This document shows positions 40,379 through 55,300 of a stretch of 64,000 bases of DNA, piece by piece (the stretch's first letter is position 1; each line of letters opens with the position of its first letter). Source of the DNA: an uncultured Gammaproteobacteria bacterium (GTDB lineage: Bacteria > Pseudomonadota > Gammaproteobacteria > Eutrophobiales > Eutrophobiaceae). The notes under the pieces are model-generated. The model saw only the letters and a program-made list of their open reading frames with translations. It had not been told where the DNA came from and did no database searches. The translations under genes were made by a program, and so were the position numbers. The stretch lies in contig CATOTD010000014.1 of NCBI GenBank assembly GCA_951812995.1, forward strand, positions 13,794 through 77,793, written 5' to 3'.

Positions 40379-43300
40379 CTAAATCACTTCAAAATAATTG
40401 GCAACATTTATCAGCGTATGATCAACGTTGTTGAGCGTCATGTAGACCACCGTACCAGCCGTGTTAGTGATATTGGCATGGTCACCGTTATCTGCCACCG
40501 CCAGACCCAGGGCGACCAGCGTTGCCTCATCACCATTCATGGTATCTGCTTGAATGCGGTCGCCATCGGCCTGCGCAAAATCGGTGATGGTGTCGGTATC
40601 TGCGGCCAGCGCATTAGTGTCCAGGATAAATTTATCGGCACCCGCACCACCGATAAGCTGGTCATTGTCTGCGCCACCGCTAAGGATATCATCGCCCGCA
40701 TCACCATTGAGCGTGTCATCGCCCGCACCACCATATAAAGTGTCATTGCCGGTGCCGCCGTCCAGCCGATTAACCCCAGCATTGCCAATAAGCACATCGT
40801 CATGGATTGAGCCGATGAGGTTTTCGATATTGGAGAGTACATCGCCCGTGGCATCCGTGTTGCCAAGGGTCTGTGCGTCGGCCTTGTTTAGATTGACATA
40901 CACACCAGTCACGCCTGTTACATCAGCCGCAAGTCCGTTGGGTAAATCCGCCGCCACGATATACGACACACCGGCGGCTGCTGCCGCCGCATACGAGGCT
41001 GTATCTGTGCCATCGCCGCCGTTGATTGTGTCGGCACCCGCGCCGCCGATAAGCGTGTCATCACCCGCACCGCCTTCGAGTACGTTGGCATCATTATTGC
41101 CGATAAGCACATCGGCCTGCGCAGAACCAATCAGGTTTTCGATATTGGAGAGTACATCGCCCGTGGCATCCGTGTTGCCAAGGGTCTGTGCACCAACCTT
41201 GTTTAGATTGACATACACGCCAGTTATGTCTACATCAGCCGCAAGCCCGTTGACTGCATCCGCCGCCACGGTGTACGACACACCGGCTGCTACCGCCGCC
41301 GCATACGAGGCTGTATCTGTGCCATCGCCGCCGTTGATTGTGTCGGCACCTGTGCCGCCGATAAGGTGGTCATCACCCGCACCGCCGATAAGGTGGTCAT
41401 TGCCCGCACCACCGTCTAACCGGTTGACCCCAGCATTGCCGATAAGCACATCGTCATGGATTGAGCCGATGAGGTTTTCGATATTGGAGAGTACATCGCC
41501 CGTGGCATCCGTGTTGCCAAGGGTCTGTGCGTCGGCCTTGTTTAGATTGACATACACACCAGTCACGCCTGTTACATCGGCCGCAAGTCCGTTGGGTAAA
41601 TCCGCCGCCACGGTGTACGACACACCGGCTACTGCTGCCGCCGCATACGAGGCTGTATCTGTGCCATCGCCGCCGTTGATTGTGTCGGCACCTGTGCCGC
41701 CGATAAGCGCGTCATCACCCGCACCGCCGCTAAGGTGGTCATCACCCGTGCCACCGATAAGGTGGTCATTGCCCGCACCGCCGTCTAACCGGTTGACCCC
41801 AGCATTGCCGATAAGCACATCGGCATGGATTGAGCCGATGAGGTTTTCGATATTGGAGAGTACATCGCCCGTGGCATCCGTGTTGCCAAGGGTCTGTGCG
41901 TCGGCCTTGTTTAGATTGACATACACACCAGTCACGCCTGTTACATCAGCCGCAAGTCCGTTGGGTAAATCCGCCGCCACGGTGTACGACACACCGGCTG
42001 CTGCCGCCGCCGCATACGAGGCTGTATCTGTGCCATCGCCGCCGTTGATTGTGTCGGCACCCGCACCGCCGATAAGCGTGTCATCACCCGTGCCGCCGAT
42101 AAGGTGGTCATCACCCGTGCCACCGATAAGGTGGTCATTGCCCGCACCACCGTCTAACCGGTTGACCCCAGCATTACCGATAAGCACATCGTCATGGATT
42201 GAGCCGATGAGGTTTTCGATACTGGAGAGTACATCGCCCGTGGCATCCGTGTTGCCAAGGGTCTGTGCGTCGGCCTTGTTTAGATTGACATACACACCAG
42301 TCACGCCCGTGACTTCGGCCGCAAGCCCATGGGTTGTATCTGCCGCCACGGTGTACGACACACCGGCTGCTGCTGCCGCATACGAGGCTGTATCTGTGCC
42401 ATCGCCGCCGTTGATTGTGTCGGCACCCGCGCCGCCGATAAGCGTGTCATCACCCGCACCACCGATAAGCGTGTCATCACCCGCGCCGCCGATAAGGTGG
42501 TCATTGCCCGCACCACCGTCTAACCGGTTGACCCCAGCATTGCCGATAAGCACATCGTCATGGATTGAGCCGATGAGGTTTTCGATATTGGAGAGTACAT
42601 CGCCCGTGGCATCCGTGTTGCCAAGGGTCTGTGCGTCGGCCTTGTTTAGATTGACATACACACCAGTCACGCCTGTTACATCAGCCGCAAGTCCATGGGT
42701 TGTATCTGCCGCCACGATATACGCCGCACCGATTGCCGCCGCCGCATACGAGGCTGTATCTGTGCCATCGCCGCCGTTGATTGTGTCGGCACCCGCGCCG
42801 CCGATAAGCGTGTCATCACCCGTGCCGCCGATAAGGTGGTCATTGCCCGCGCCGCCGATAAGGTGGTCATTGCCCGCACCACCGTCTAACCGGTTGACCC
42901 CAGCATTGCCGATAAGCACATCGTCATGGATTGAGCCGATGAGGTTTTCGATATTGGAGAGTACATCGCCCGTGGCATCCGTGTTGCCAAGGGTCTGTGC
43001 GTCGGCCTTGTTTAGATTGACATACACACCAGTCACGCCCGTGACTTCGGCCGCAAGTCCGTTGGGTAAATCCGCCGCCACGGTGTACGACACACCGGCT
43101 GCTGCTGCCGCCGCATACGAGGCTGTATCTGTGCCATCGCCGCCGTTGATTGTGTCGGCACCCGCGCCGCCGATAAGCGTGTCATCACCCGCACCGCCGT
43201 CTAACCGGTTGGCATCATTATTGCCGATAAGCACATCGTCATGGATTGAGCCGATGAGGTTTTCGATACTTGAGAGTACATCGCCCGTGGCATCCGTGTT

Positions 43301-46300
43301 GCCAAGGGTCTGTGCGTCGGCCTTGTTTAGATTGACATACACACCAGTCACGCCTGTTACATCAGCCGCAAGTCCGTTGGGTAAATCCGCCGCCACGATA
43401 TACGACACACCGGCGGCTGCTGCCGCCGCATACGAGGCTGTATCTGTGCCATCGCCGCCGTTGATTGTGTCGGCACCCGCGCCGCCGATAAGCGTGTCAT
43501 CACCCGCACCGCCGTCTAACCGGTTGGCATCATTATTGCCGATAAGCACATCGTCATGGATTGAGCCGATGAGGTTTTCGATACTTGAGAGTACATCGCC
43601 CGTGGCATCCGTGTTGCCAAGGGTCTGTGCGTCGGCCTTGTTTAGATTGACATACACACCAGTCACGCCTGTTACATCAGCCGCAAGTCCGTTGGGTAAA
43701 TCCGCCGCCACGATATACGACACACCGGCTGCTGTTGCCGCCGCATACGAGGCTGTATCTGTGCCATCGCCGCCGTTGATTGTGTCGGCACCCGCACCGC
43801 CGATAAGCGTGTCATCACCCGCACCGCCTTCGAGTACGTTGGCATCATTATTGCCGATAAGCACATCGGCCTGCGCAGAACCAATCAGGTTTTCGATATT
43901 GGAGAGTACATCGCCCGTGGCATCCGTGTTGCCAAGGGTCTGTGCACCAACCTTGTTTAGATTGACATACACGCCAGTTATGTCTACATCAGCCGCAAGC
44001 CCGTTGACTGCATCCGCCGCCACGGTGTACGACACACCGGCTGCTACCGCCGCCGCATACGAGGCTGTATCTGTGCCATCGCCGCCGTTGATTGTGTCGG
44101 CACCTGTGCCGCCGATAAGGTGGTCATCACCCGCACCGCCGATAAGGTGGTCATTGCCCGCACCACCGTCTAACCGGTTGACCCCAGCATTGCCGATAAG
44201 CACATCGTCATGGATTGAGCCGATGAGGTTTTCGATATTGGAGAGTACATCGCCCGTGGCATCCGTGTTGCCAAGGGTCTGTGCGTCGGCCTTGTTTAGA
44301 TTGACATACACACCAGTCACGCCTGTTACATCGGCCGCAAGTCCGTTGGGTAAATCCGCCGCCACGGTGTACGACACACCGGCTACTGCTGCCGCCGCAT
44401 ACGAGGCTGTATCTGTGCCATCGCCGCCGTTGATTGTGTCGGCACTCGCGCCGCCGATAAGCGTGTCATCACCCGCACCACCGCTAAGGTGGTCATCACC
44501 CGTGCCACCGATAAGGTGGTCATTGCCCGCACCGCCGTCTAACCGGTTGACCCCAGCATTGCCGATAAGCACATCGGCATGGATTGAGCCGATGAGGTTT
44601 TCGATATTGGAGAGTACATCGCCCGTGGCATCCGTGTTGCCAAGGGTCTGTGCGTCGGCCTTGTTTAGATTGACATACACACCAGTCACGCCTGTTACAT
44701 CAGCCGCAAGTCCGTTGGGTAAATCCGCCGCCACGGTGTACGACACACCGACTGCTACTGCCGCCGCATACGAGGCTGTATCTGTGCCATCGCCGCCGAT
44801 AAGGTGGTCATCACCCGTGCCACCGATAAGGTGGTCATTGCCCGCACCACCGTCTAACCGGTTGACCCCAGCATTACCGATAAGCACATCGTCATGGATT
44901 GAGCCGATGAGGTTTTCGATACTGGAGAGTACATCGCCCGTGGCATCCGTGTTGCCAAGGGTCTGTGCACCAGCCTTGTTTAGATTGACATACACACCAG
45001 TCACGCCCGTGACTTCGGCCGCAAGTCCGTTGGGTAAATCCGCCGCCACGGTGTACGACACACCGGCTGCTGCTGCCGCATACGAGGCTGTATCTGTGCC
45101 ATCGCCGCCGTTGATTGTGTCGGCACCCGCGCCGCCGATAAGCGTGTCATCACCCGCACCACCGCTAAGGTGGTCATCACCCGCGCCGCCGATAAGGTGG
45201 TCATTGCCCGCACCACCGTCTAACCGGTTGACCCCAGCATTGCCGATAAGCACATCGTCATGGATTGAGCCGATGAGGTTTTCGATATTGGAGAGTACAT
45301 CGCCCGTGGCATCCGTGTTGCCAAGGGTCTGTGCGTCGGCCTTGTTTAGATTGACATACACACCAGTCACGCCTGTTACATCGGCCGCAAGCCCATGGGT
45401 TGTATCTGCCGCCACGGTGTACGCCGCACCGATTGCCGCCGCCGCATACGAGGCTGTATCTGTGCCATCGCCGCCGTTGATTGTGTCGGCACCCGCGCCG
45501 CCGATAAGGTGGTCATCACCCGCACCGCCGATAAGGTGGTCATTGCCCGCACCACCGTCTAACCGGTTGACCCCAGCATTGCCGATAAGCACATCGTCAT
45601 GGATTGAGCCGATGAGGTTTTCGATATTGGAGAGTACATCGCCCGTGGCATCCGTGTTGCCAAGGGTCTGTGCGTCGGCCTTGTTTAGATTGACATACAC
45701 ACCAGTCACGCCTGTTACATCGGCCGCAAGTCCGTTGGGTAAATCCGCCGCCACGGTGTACGACACACCGGCTACTGCTGCCGCCGCATACGAGGCTGTA
45801 TCTGTGCCATCGCCGCCGTTGATTGTGTCGGCACCTGTGCCGCCGATAAGCGCGTCATCACCCGCACCGCCGCTAAGGTGGTCATCACCCGTGCCACCGA
45901 TAAGGTGGTCATTGCCCGCACCGCCGTCTAACCGGTTGACCCCAGCATTGCCGATAAGCACATCGTCATGGATTGAGCCGATGAGGTTTTCGATATTGGA
46001 GAGTACATCGCCCGTGGCATCCGTGTTGCCAAGGGTCTGTGCGTCGGCCTTGTTTAGATTGACATACACACCAGTCACGCCTGTTACATCGGCCGCAAGT
46101 CCGTTGGGTAAATCCGCCGCCACGGTGTACGACACACCGGCTACTGCTGCCGCCGCATACGAGGCTGTATCTGTGCCATCGCCGCCGTTGATTGTGTCGG
46201 CACTCGCGCCGCCGATAAGCGTGTCATCACCCGCACCACCGCTAAGGTGGTCATCACCCGTGCCACCGATAAGGTGGTCATTGCCCGCACCGCCGTCTAA

Positions 46301-49300
46301 CCGGTTGACCCCAGCATTGCCGATAAGCACATCGGCATGGATTGAGCCGATGAGGTTTTCGATATTGGAGAGTACATCGCCCGTGGCATCCGTGTTGCCA
46401 AGGGTCTGTGCGTCGGCCTTGTTTAGATTGACATACACACCAGTCACGCCTGTTACATCAGCCGCAAGTCCGTTGGGTAAATCCGCCGCCACGGTGTACG
46501 ACACACCGGCTGCTGCCGCCGCCGCATACGAGGCTGTATCTGTGCCATCGCCGCCGTTGATTGTGTCGGCACCCGCACCGCCGATAAGCGTGTCATCACC
46601 CGTGCCGCCGATAAGGTGGTCATCACCCGTGCCACCGATAAGGTGGTCATTGCCCGCACCACCGTCTAACCGGTTGACCCCAGCATTGCCGATAAGCACA
46701 TCGGCCTGCGCCGAACCAATCAGGTTTTCGATATTGGAGAGTACATCGCCCGTGGCATCCGTGTTGCCAAGGGTCTGTGCGTCGGCCTTGTTTAGATTGA
46801 CATACACGCCAGTCACGCCTGTTACATCAGCCGCAAGTCCATGGGTTGTATCTGCCGCCACGGTGTACGACACACCGGCTGCTGCTGCCGCCGCATACGA
46901 GGCTGTATCTGTGCCATCGCCGCCGTTGATTATGTCGGCACCTGTGCCGCCGATAAGCGTGTCATCACCCGCACCACCGCTAAGGTGGTCATCACCCGTG
47001 CCACCGATAAGGTGGTCATTGCCCGCGCCGCCGTCTAACCGGTTGACCCCAGCATTGCCGATAAGCACATCGGCATGGATTGAGCCGATGAGGTTTTCGA
47101 TACTGGAGAGTACATCGCCCGTGGCATCCGTGTTGCCAAGGGTCTGTGCGTCGGCCTTGTTTAGATTGACATACACACCAGTCACGCCTGTTACATCAGC
47201 CGCAAGTCCGTTGGGTAAATCCGCCGCCACGGTGTACGACACACCGACTGCTGCTACTGCCGCATACGAGGCTGTATCTGTGCCATCGCCGCCGTTGATT
47301 GTGTCGGCACCCGCGCCGCCGATAAGGTGGTCATTGCCCGCACCACCGTCTAACCGGTTGACCCCAGCATTGCCGATAAGCACATCGTCATGGATTGAGC
47401 CGATGAGGTTTTCGATATTGGAGAGTACATCGCCCGTGGCATCCGTGTTGCCAAGGGTCTGTGCGTCGGCCTTGTTTAGATTGACATACACACCAGTCAC
47501 GCCTGTTACATCGGCCGCAAGCCCATGGGTTGTATCTGCCGCCACGATATACGCCGCACCGATTGCCGCCGCCGCATACGAGGCTGTATCTGTGCCATCG
47601 CCGCCGTTGATTGTGTCATCACCCGCACCGCCGATAAGCGTGTCATCACCCGCACCGCCGCTAAGGTGGTCATCACCCGCGCCGCCGATAAGGTGGTCAT
47701 TGCCCGCACCACCGTCTAACCGGTTGACCCCAGCATTGCCGATAAGCACATCGTCATGGATTGAGCCGATGAGGTTTTCGATATTGGAGAGTACATCGCC
47801 CGTGGCATCCGTGTTGCCAAGGGTCTGTGCGTCGGCCTTGTTTAGATTGACATACACACCAGTCACGCCTGTTACATCAGCCGCAAGTCCGTTGGGTAAA
47901 TCCGCCGCCACGGTGTACGACACACCGGCTGCTGCTGCCGCCGCATACGAGGCTGTATCTGTGCCATCGCCGCCGTTGATTGTGTCGGCACCCGCGCCGC
48001 CGATAAGCGTGTCATCACCCGCACCGCCGTCTAACCGGTTGGCATCATTATTGCCGATAAGCACATCGTCATGGATTGAGCCGATGAGGTTTTCGATACT
48101 TGAGAGTACATCGCCCGTGGCATCCGTGTTGCCAAGGGTCTGTGCGTCGGCCTTGTTTAGATTGACATACACACCAGTCACGCCTGTTACATCAGCCGCA
48201 AGTCCGTTGGGTAAATCCGCCGCCACGATATACGACACACCGGCTGCTGCTGCCGCCGCATACGAGGCTGTATCTGTGCCATCGCCGCCGTTGATTGTGT
48301 CGGCACCCGCCCCGCCGATAAGCGTGTCATCACCCGTGCCGCCGATAAGGTGGTCATCACCCGCGCCACCGATAAGGTGGTCATTGCCCGCACCACCGTC
48401 TAACCGGTTGACCCCAGCATTGCCGATAAGCACATCGTCATGGATTGAGCCGATGAGGTTTTCGATATTGGAGAGTACATCGCCCGTGGCATCCGTGTTG
48501 CCAAGGGTCTGTGCGTCGGCCTTGTTTAGATTGACATACACACCAGTCACGCCTGTTACATCAGCCGCAAGTCCATGGGTTGTATCTGCCGCCACGGTGT
48601 ACGACACACCGGCTACTGCCGCCGCCGCATACGAGGCTGTATCTGTGCCATCGCCGCCGTTGATTGTGTCGGCACCCGCGCCGCCGATAAGGTGGTCATT
48701 GTCCGCGCCGCCGATAAGGTGGTCATTGCCCGCGCCGCCGATAAGGTGGTCATTGCCCGCACCACCGTCTAACCGGTTGACCCCAGCATTGCCGATAAGC
48801 ACATCGTCATGGATTGAGCCGATGAGGTTTTCGATATTGGAGAGTACATCGCCCGTGGCATCCGTGTTGCCAAGGGTCTGTGCGTCGGCCTTGTTTAGAT
48901 TGACATACACACCAGTCACGCCTGTTACATCAGCCGCAAGTCCGTTGGGTAAATCCGCCGCCACGGTGTACGACACACCGGCTGCTGCCGCCGCCGCATA
49001 CGAGGCTGTATCTGTGCCATCGCCGCCGTTGATTGTGTCGGCACCCGCGCCGCCGATAAGCGTGTCATTACCCGCACCGCCGTCTAACCGGTTGACCCCA
49101 GCATTGCCGATAAGCACATCGGCCTGCGCCGAACCAATCAGGTTTTCGATATTGAACAAGATATCGCCTGCCGCCCAGCCGTTAGCATTTTTGCTATTGT
49201 CGGATAAGTCTACGGTTATGCCGTTGCCGTCATCGGCAGTGGCATAACTCACGGTATCTGCGCCGCCCTTGCCATCGATAAGGTCGGCATCGGCGGTGGC

Positions 49301-52300
49301 GGCATAGTTATTGTTGGTGTCATCGCCAATAGTCGCGGCGGCGTTGACGTTCACCCGGTGTACCGTGGCGGTGGAGGCGTTATCGTCCTTGTCGGTCAGC
49401 ACGATTGAAAATTCGCGCACGCGGTCGGTGGCATTTTGTGCATCGGCGTTTTGGTAACGCAAGGTAGCGAGGATGGCCTCGACCTCAATGGTCGTTAAGT
49501 TGCCGCCGTTTTTGCTAAGGGTAATGGTGCCGACAGTATTATCCCAGACAATGTTAAGGCCGGTGATACCGGCAATGGTCACGTTGTTCGCGCTGGCATT
49601 GACCCCGCCTATCGCAAGTACCTGGACATTACCCATGGCATCACTACCATAGGCCAGTTGTTCGTTGCTGTCATCCAGACCCGTTGCGGTAATGGTAATC
49701 GTGCTTATCGTTGCCGGGATTGGCAGTTCGATGACCTGTATGCCGGCATCACTATAACTCGCGACAAAGGCGTAGGCCTTGTTGTTGATCTCCGCCGTGG
49801 TGATCTTGAAGGCACCTCGCAGTTCGGTGTAGCCATCCGCGCCATCGACAAGTGCGGCCACCGCAGTCGGGTTTGCAGGATCAGTGATGTCGATCACCTG
49901 CACCGCATGCTCATCGTAGCCGGTCACCAGGGCATAGGTACGACCGGCAATGACTGTGGTGGTGATAGCGTAGGCACTCCGCAACGCGGTGTAGGGGCTG
50001 TCGGCCTGAACGCTGTCATCAAACAATGCGGCGACCGCAGTCGGGGTCTCGGGCGTTGTGATGTCAATAATCTGCACGCCGTGATCCAAACTGGCGGCGA
50101 CCAGCGCATAGGTCTTGCCGTCTATCACCACCGTGGTGATGGAATATGCGCTATTGAGGGCGGTATAAGGCGTATTAGCCCCCGACGTGTTGTCAGTTAT
50201 CGCGGCAACCGCGCTTGGGGCCGCGGGCGTTGTGATGTCGATAATCTGTACCCCGTCATCCGCACTGGCGGCAACCAGCGCGTAGGTCCTGCCCTTAATC
50301 ACCACCGTGGTAATGCCAGCCGCACCATCAAGCTCGGTGTAAGGCGTATTAACCAGCACCGTGTTGTCAGTAATGGCCGCGACCGCAGTCGGGGCGGCGG
50401 GCGTTGTGATGTCAATAATCTGCACCCCGTCATCGGTACTGGCGGCGACCAGCGCATAGGTCTTGCTACCTATCACCACCGTGGTGATGTCGCGGGCACC
50501 ATTAAGCTCGGTGTAAAGCGTATTAGCCAGCACCGTGCTGTCAGCAATGGCCGCGACCGCGCTCGGGGCCGTGGGATCGGTGCTGATGTCGAGTATTTGC
50601 ACCCCGTCATCCTCATAGGCGGCCACCAGTGCATAGGTCACACCACCGATGACCACGGTGGTGATGGCTTCTGGATCATTCAGCTCCAGCAGGTTGGTAT
50701 CGACTATACTGCCTATCTGCTCAGCTTCAGTCGGGTCGCTCACGTCTATCAACTGTACGCTATCGCCTGTACCCGTGGCGACCAGCAGATAGGTCTTGCC
50801 ACCAATGACCACAGTGCTCAGGGCACTCGGGGCTGTCAGCGAAAATTGGGCGGAGCCATCGTGATCATCAGACCCATGAGCATAGGCAGCGGTGGCGGTT
50901 GGGGTCTGGAGCGCGGCATTATCACCGACTGTTGCCTTGACACCCAAAACCACGCCAGCAGTCAGTGCCGCGGTGTTGAGTATGCTGTAGGGCGTTTGTA
51001 GTGCCAGAGTTGGCGGGATAGCGTAGATAAAATGATCGTCCGTCAAGTCATTCTCCAACACCCCGGTCAGCGTGATGGTGCCGGTAGGAGTGGTAATGAC
51101 TGTATTGCCACTGTCATCATCATCCGTTGCGTCCTGCACAGCTTTCAGGTTGGTAAAACCAGCAATGGCGGACAAATCGATTTTATTATTACCGGTGGTA
51201 AAATCAGCAATAGTGTCTGCGCCATGACCTGGGGCAAAGACAAAGGTATCATTACCCGCACCGCCGGTTAAGGTGTCATTGCCCGCACCGCCTTCGAGTA
51301 CGTTGGCATCATTATTGCCGACCAGTACATCGTTATGCGCCGAACCAATCAGGTTTTCGATATTGGAGAGTACATCGCCCGTGGCATCCGTGTTGCCAAG
51401 GGTCTGTGCACCAGCCTTGTTTAGATTGACATACACACCAGTCACGCCCGTGACACGAGCCGCAAGCCCATGGGTTGTATCTGCCGCCACGATATACGCC
51501 GCACCGATTGCCGCCGCCGCATACGAGGCTGTATCTGTGCCATCGCCGCCGTTGATTGTGTCGGCACCCGCGCCGCCGATAAGCGTGTCATCACCCGCAC
51601 CGCCGCTAAGGTGGTCATCACCCGTGCCACCGATAAGGTGGTCATTGCCCGCGCCGCCGTCTAACCGATTGACCCCAGCATTGCCGATAAGCACATCGTC
51701 ATGGATTGAGCCGATGAGGTTTTCGATATTGGAGAGTACATCGCCCGTGGCATCCGTGTTGCCAAGGGTCTGTGCGTCGGCCTTGTTTAGATTGACATAC
51801 ACACCAGTCACGCCTGTTACATCGGCCGCAAGTCCATGGGTTGTATCTGCCGCCACGGTGTACGACACACCGGCTGCTGCTGCCGCCGCATACGAGGCTG
51901 TATCTGTGCCATCGCCGCCGTTGATTGTGTCGGCACCCGCGCCGCCGATAAGGTGGTCATTGTCCGCGCCGCCGATAAGGTGGTCATTGCCCGCGCCGCC
52001 GATAAGGTGGTCATTGCCCGCACCGCCGTCTAACCGGTTGACCCCAGCATTGCCGATAAGCACATCGTCATGGATTGAGCCGATGAGGTTTTCGATATTG
52101 GAGAGTACATCGCCCGTGGCATCCGTGTTGCCAAGGGTCTGTGCACCAGCCTTGTTTAGATTGACATACACACCAGTCACGCCTGTTACATCAGCCGCAA
52201 GCCCGTTGGGTAAATCCGCCGCCACGGTGTACGACACACCGGCTGCTGCCGCCGCCGCATACGAGGCTGTATCTGTGCCATCGCCGCCGTTGATTGTGTC

Positions 52301-55300
52301 GGCACCTGCGCCGCCGATAAGCGTGTCATTACCATCGCTACCGTCCAGGGTATCATCACCCGCGCCGCCGTCTAGGGTATCATCACCCGCGCCGCCGGTA
52401 AGCCGGTTGTCATACTCATCGCCGGTTAAGGTGTCGGCGTAGCCGGTACCGATCAGTTTTTCGATATTGAACAAGATATCGCCTGCCGCCCAGCCGTTGG
52501 CATTTTTGCTATTGTCGGATAAGTCCACGGTTACGCCGTTGCCGTCATCGGCAGTGGCATAACTCACGGTATCTGCGCCGCCCTTACCATCGATAAGGTC
52601 GGCATCGGCGGTGGCGGCATAGTTATTGTTGGTGTCATCGCCAATAGTCGCGGCGGCGTTGACGTTCACCCGGTATACCGTGGGGGTGGAGTCTAGCCCG
52701 TCGGTGTCGGTCAAGACAATCGAGAATAACCGGTCGCCATTGGTGGCATTTTGCGCATCGGCATTTTGGTAACGTAAGGCAGCGAGGATGGCCTCGACCT
52801 CAATGGTCGTTAAGTTGCCGCCGTTTTTGCTAAGGGTAATGGTGCCGACAGTATTATCCCAGACAATGTTAAGGCCGGTGATACCGGCAATGGTCACGTT
52901 GTTCGCGCTGGCATTGACCCCGCCTATCGCAAGTACCTGGACATTACCCATGGCATCACTACCATAGGCCAGTTGTTCGTTGCTGTCATCCAGACCCGTT
53001 GCGGTAATGGTAATCGTGCTTATCGTCGCCGGGATTGGCAGTTCGATGACCTGTATGCCGCGATCACTATAACTCGCGACAAAGGCGTAGGCCTTGTTGT
53101 TGATCTCCGCCGTGGTGATCTTGAAGGCACCTGCGAGTTCGGTGTAGCCATCCACCCCATCTCTGAGTGCGGCGACCGCAGTCGGGTTTGCAGGATCGGT
53201 GATGTCGATCACCTGCACCGCATTATCACCGTAGCCGGTCACCAGGGCATAGGTACGACCGGCAATGACTGTGGTGGTGATAGCGTAGGCACGCCTCAAC
53301 GCGGTGTAGGGGCTGTCGGTCTGACCTGCCACACTGTTATCAAACAATGCGGCGACCGCAGTCGGGGTCTCGGGCGTTGTGATGTCAATAATCTGTACCC
53401 CGTGATCTACATTGGCGGCGACCAGCGCATAGGTCTTGCCTTTAATCACCACCGTGGTGATGGAATATGCGCCATTGAGTGCGGTATAAGGCGTATTAGC
53501 CCCCGACGTGTTGTCAGTTATCGCGGCAACCGCGCTTGGGGTCGCGGGCGTTGTGATGTCGATAATCTGTACCCCGTCATCCGCACTGGCGGCAACCAGC
53601 GCGTAGGTCCTGCCCTTAATCACCACCGTGGTAATGCCAGCCGCACCATCAAGCTCGGTGTAAGGCGTATTAACCAGCACCGTGTTGTCAGTAATGGCCG
53701 CGACCGCAGTCGGGGCGGCGGGCGTTGTGATGTCAATAATCTGCACCCCGTCATCGGTACTGGCGGCGACCAGCGCATAGGTCTTGCTACCTATCACCAC
53801 CGTGGTGATGTCGCGGGCACCATTAAGCTCGGTGTAAAGCGTATTAGCCAGCACCGTGCTGTCAGCAATGGCCGCGACCGCGCTCGGGGCCGTGGGATCG
53901 GTGCTGATGTCGAGTATTTGCACCCCGTCATCCTCATAGGCGGCCACCAGTGCATAGGTCACACCACCGATGACCACGGTGGTGATGGCTTCTGGATCAT
54001 TCAGCTCCAGCAGGTTGGTATCGACTATACTGCCTATCTGCTCAGCTTCAGTCGGGTCGCTCACGTCTATCAACTGTACGCTATCGCCTGTACCCGTGGC
54101 GACCAGCAGATAGGTCTTGCCACCAATGACCACAGTGCTCAGGGCACTCGGGGCTGTCAGCGAAAATTGGGCGGAGCCATCGTGATCATCAGACCCATGA
54201 GCATAGGCAGCGGTGGCGGTTGGGGTCTGGAGCGCGGCATTATCACCGACTGTTGCCTTGACACCCAAAACCACGCCAGCAGTCAGTGCCGCGGTGTTGA
54301 GTATGCTGTAGGGCGTTTGTAGTGCCAGAGTTGGCGGGATAGCGTAGATAAAATGATCGTCCGTCAAGTCATTCTCCAACACCCCGGTCAGCGTGATGGT
54401 GCCGGTAGGAGTGGTAATGACTGTATTGCCACTGTCATCATCATCCGTTGCGTCCTGCACAGCTTTCAGGTTGGTAAAACCAGCAATGGCGGACAAATCG
54501 ATTTTATTATTACCGGTGGTAAAATCAGCAATAGTGTCTGCGCCATGACCTGGGGCAAAGACAAAGGTATCATTACCCGCACCGCCGGTTAAGGTGTCAT
54601 TGCCCGCACCGCCTTCGAGTACGTTGGCATCATTATTGCCGACCAGTACATCGTTATGCGCCGAACCAATCAGGTTTTCGATATTGGAGAGTACATCGCC
54701 CGTGGCATCCGTGTTGCCAAGGGTCTGTGCACCAGCCTTGTTTAGATTGACATACACACCAGTCACGCCCGTGACTTCGGCCGCAAGTCCGTTGGGTAAA
54801 TCCGCCGCCACGGTGTACGACACACCGGCTGCTACCGCCGCCGCATACGAGGCTGTATCTGTGCCATCGCCGCCGTTGATTATGTCGGCACCCGCGCCGC
54901 CGATAAGCGTGTCATCACCCGTGCCGCCGATAAGGTGGTCATCACCCGTGCCGCCGTCCAGCCGATTGACTCCAGCATTGCCGATAAGCACATCGGCCTG
55001 CGCCGAACCAATCAGGTTTTCGATATTGGAGAGTGTATCGCCCTGCGCGTCAGTCGTCACGGTGTTGTCCGCATTAGTCGTCTGTGCACCAGTCTTGTTT
55101 AGATTGACATACACACCAGTCACGCCCGTGACTTCGGCCGCAAGCCCATGGGTTGTATCTGCCGCCACGGTGTACGACACACCGGCTGCTGCCGCCGCCG
55201 CATACGAGGCTGTATCTGTGCCATCGCCGCCGTTGATTGTGTCGGCACCCGCGCCGCCGTTGATTGTGTCATCACCCGCACCACCGATAAGCGTGTCATC

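Noticed and set aside
40554-49247. 2897-aa plus-strand ORF and similar S/P-rich ORFs up to 63128
   Set aside because: Antisense shadows of the repetitive RTX gene. They have no independent motifs and mirror its repeats.
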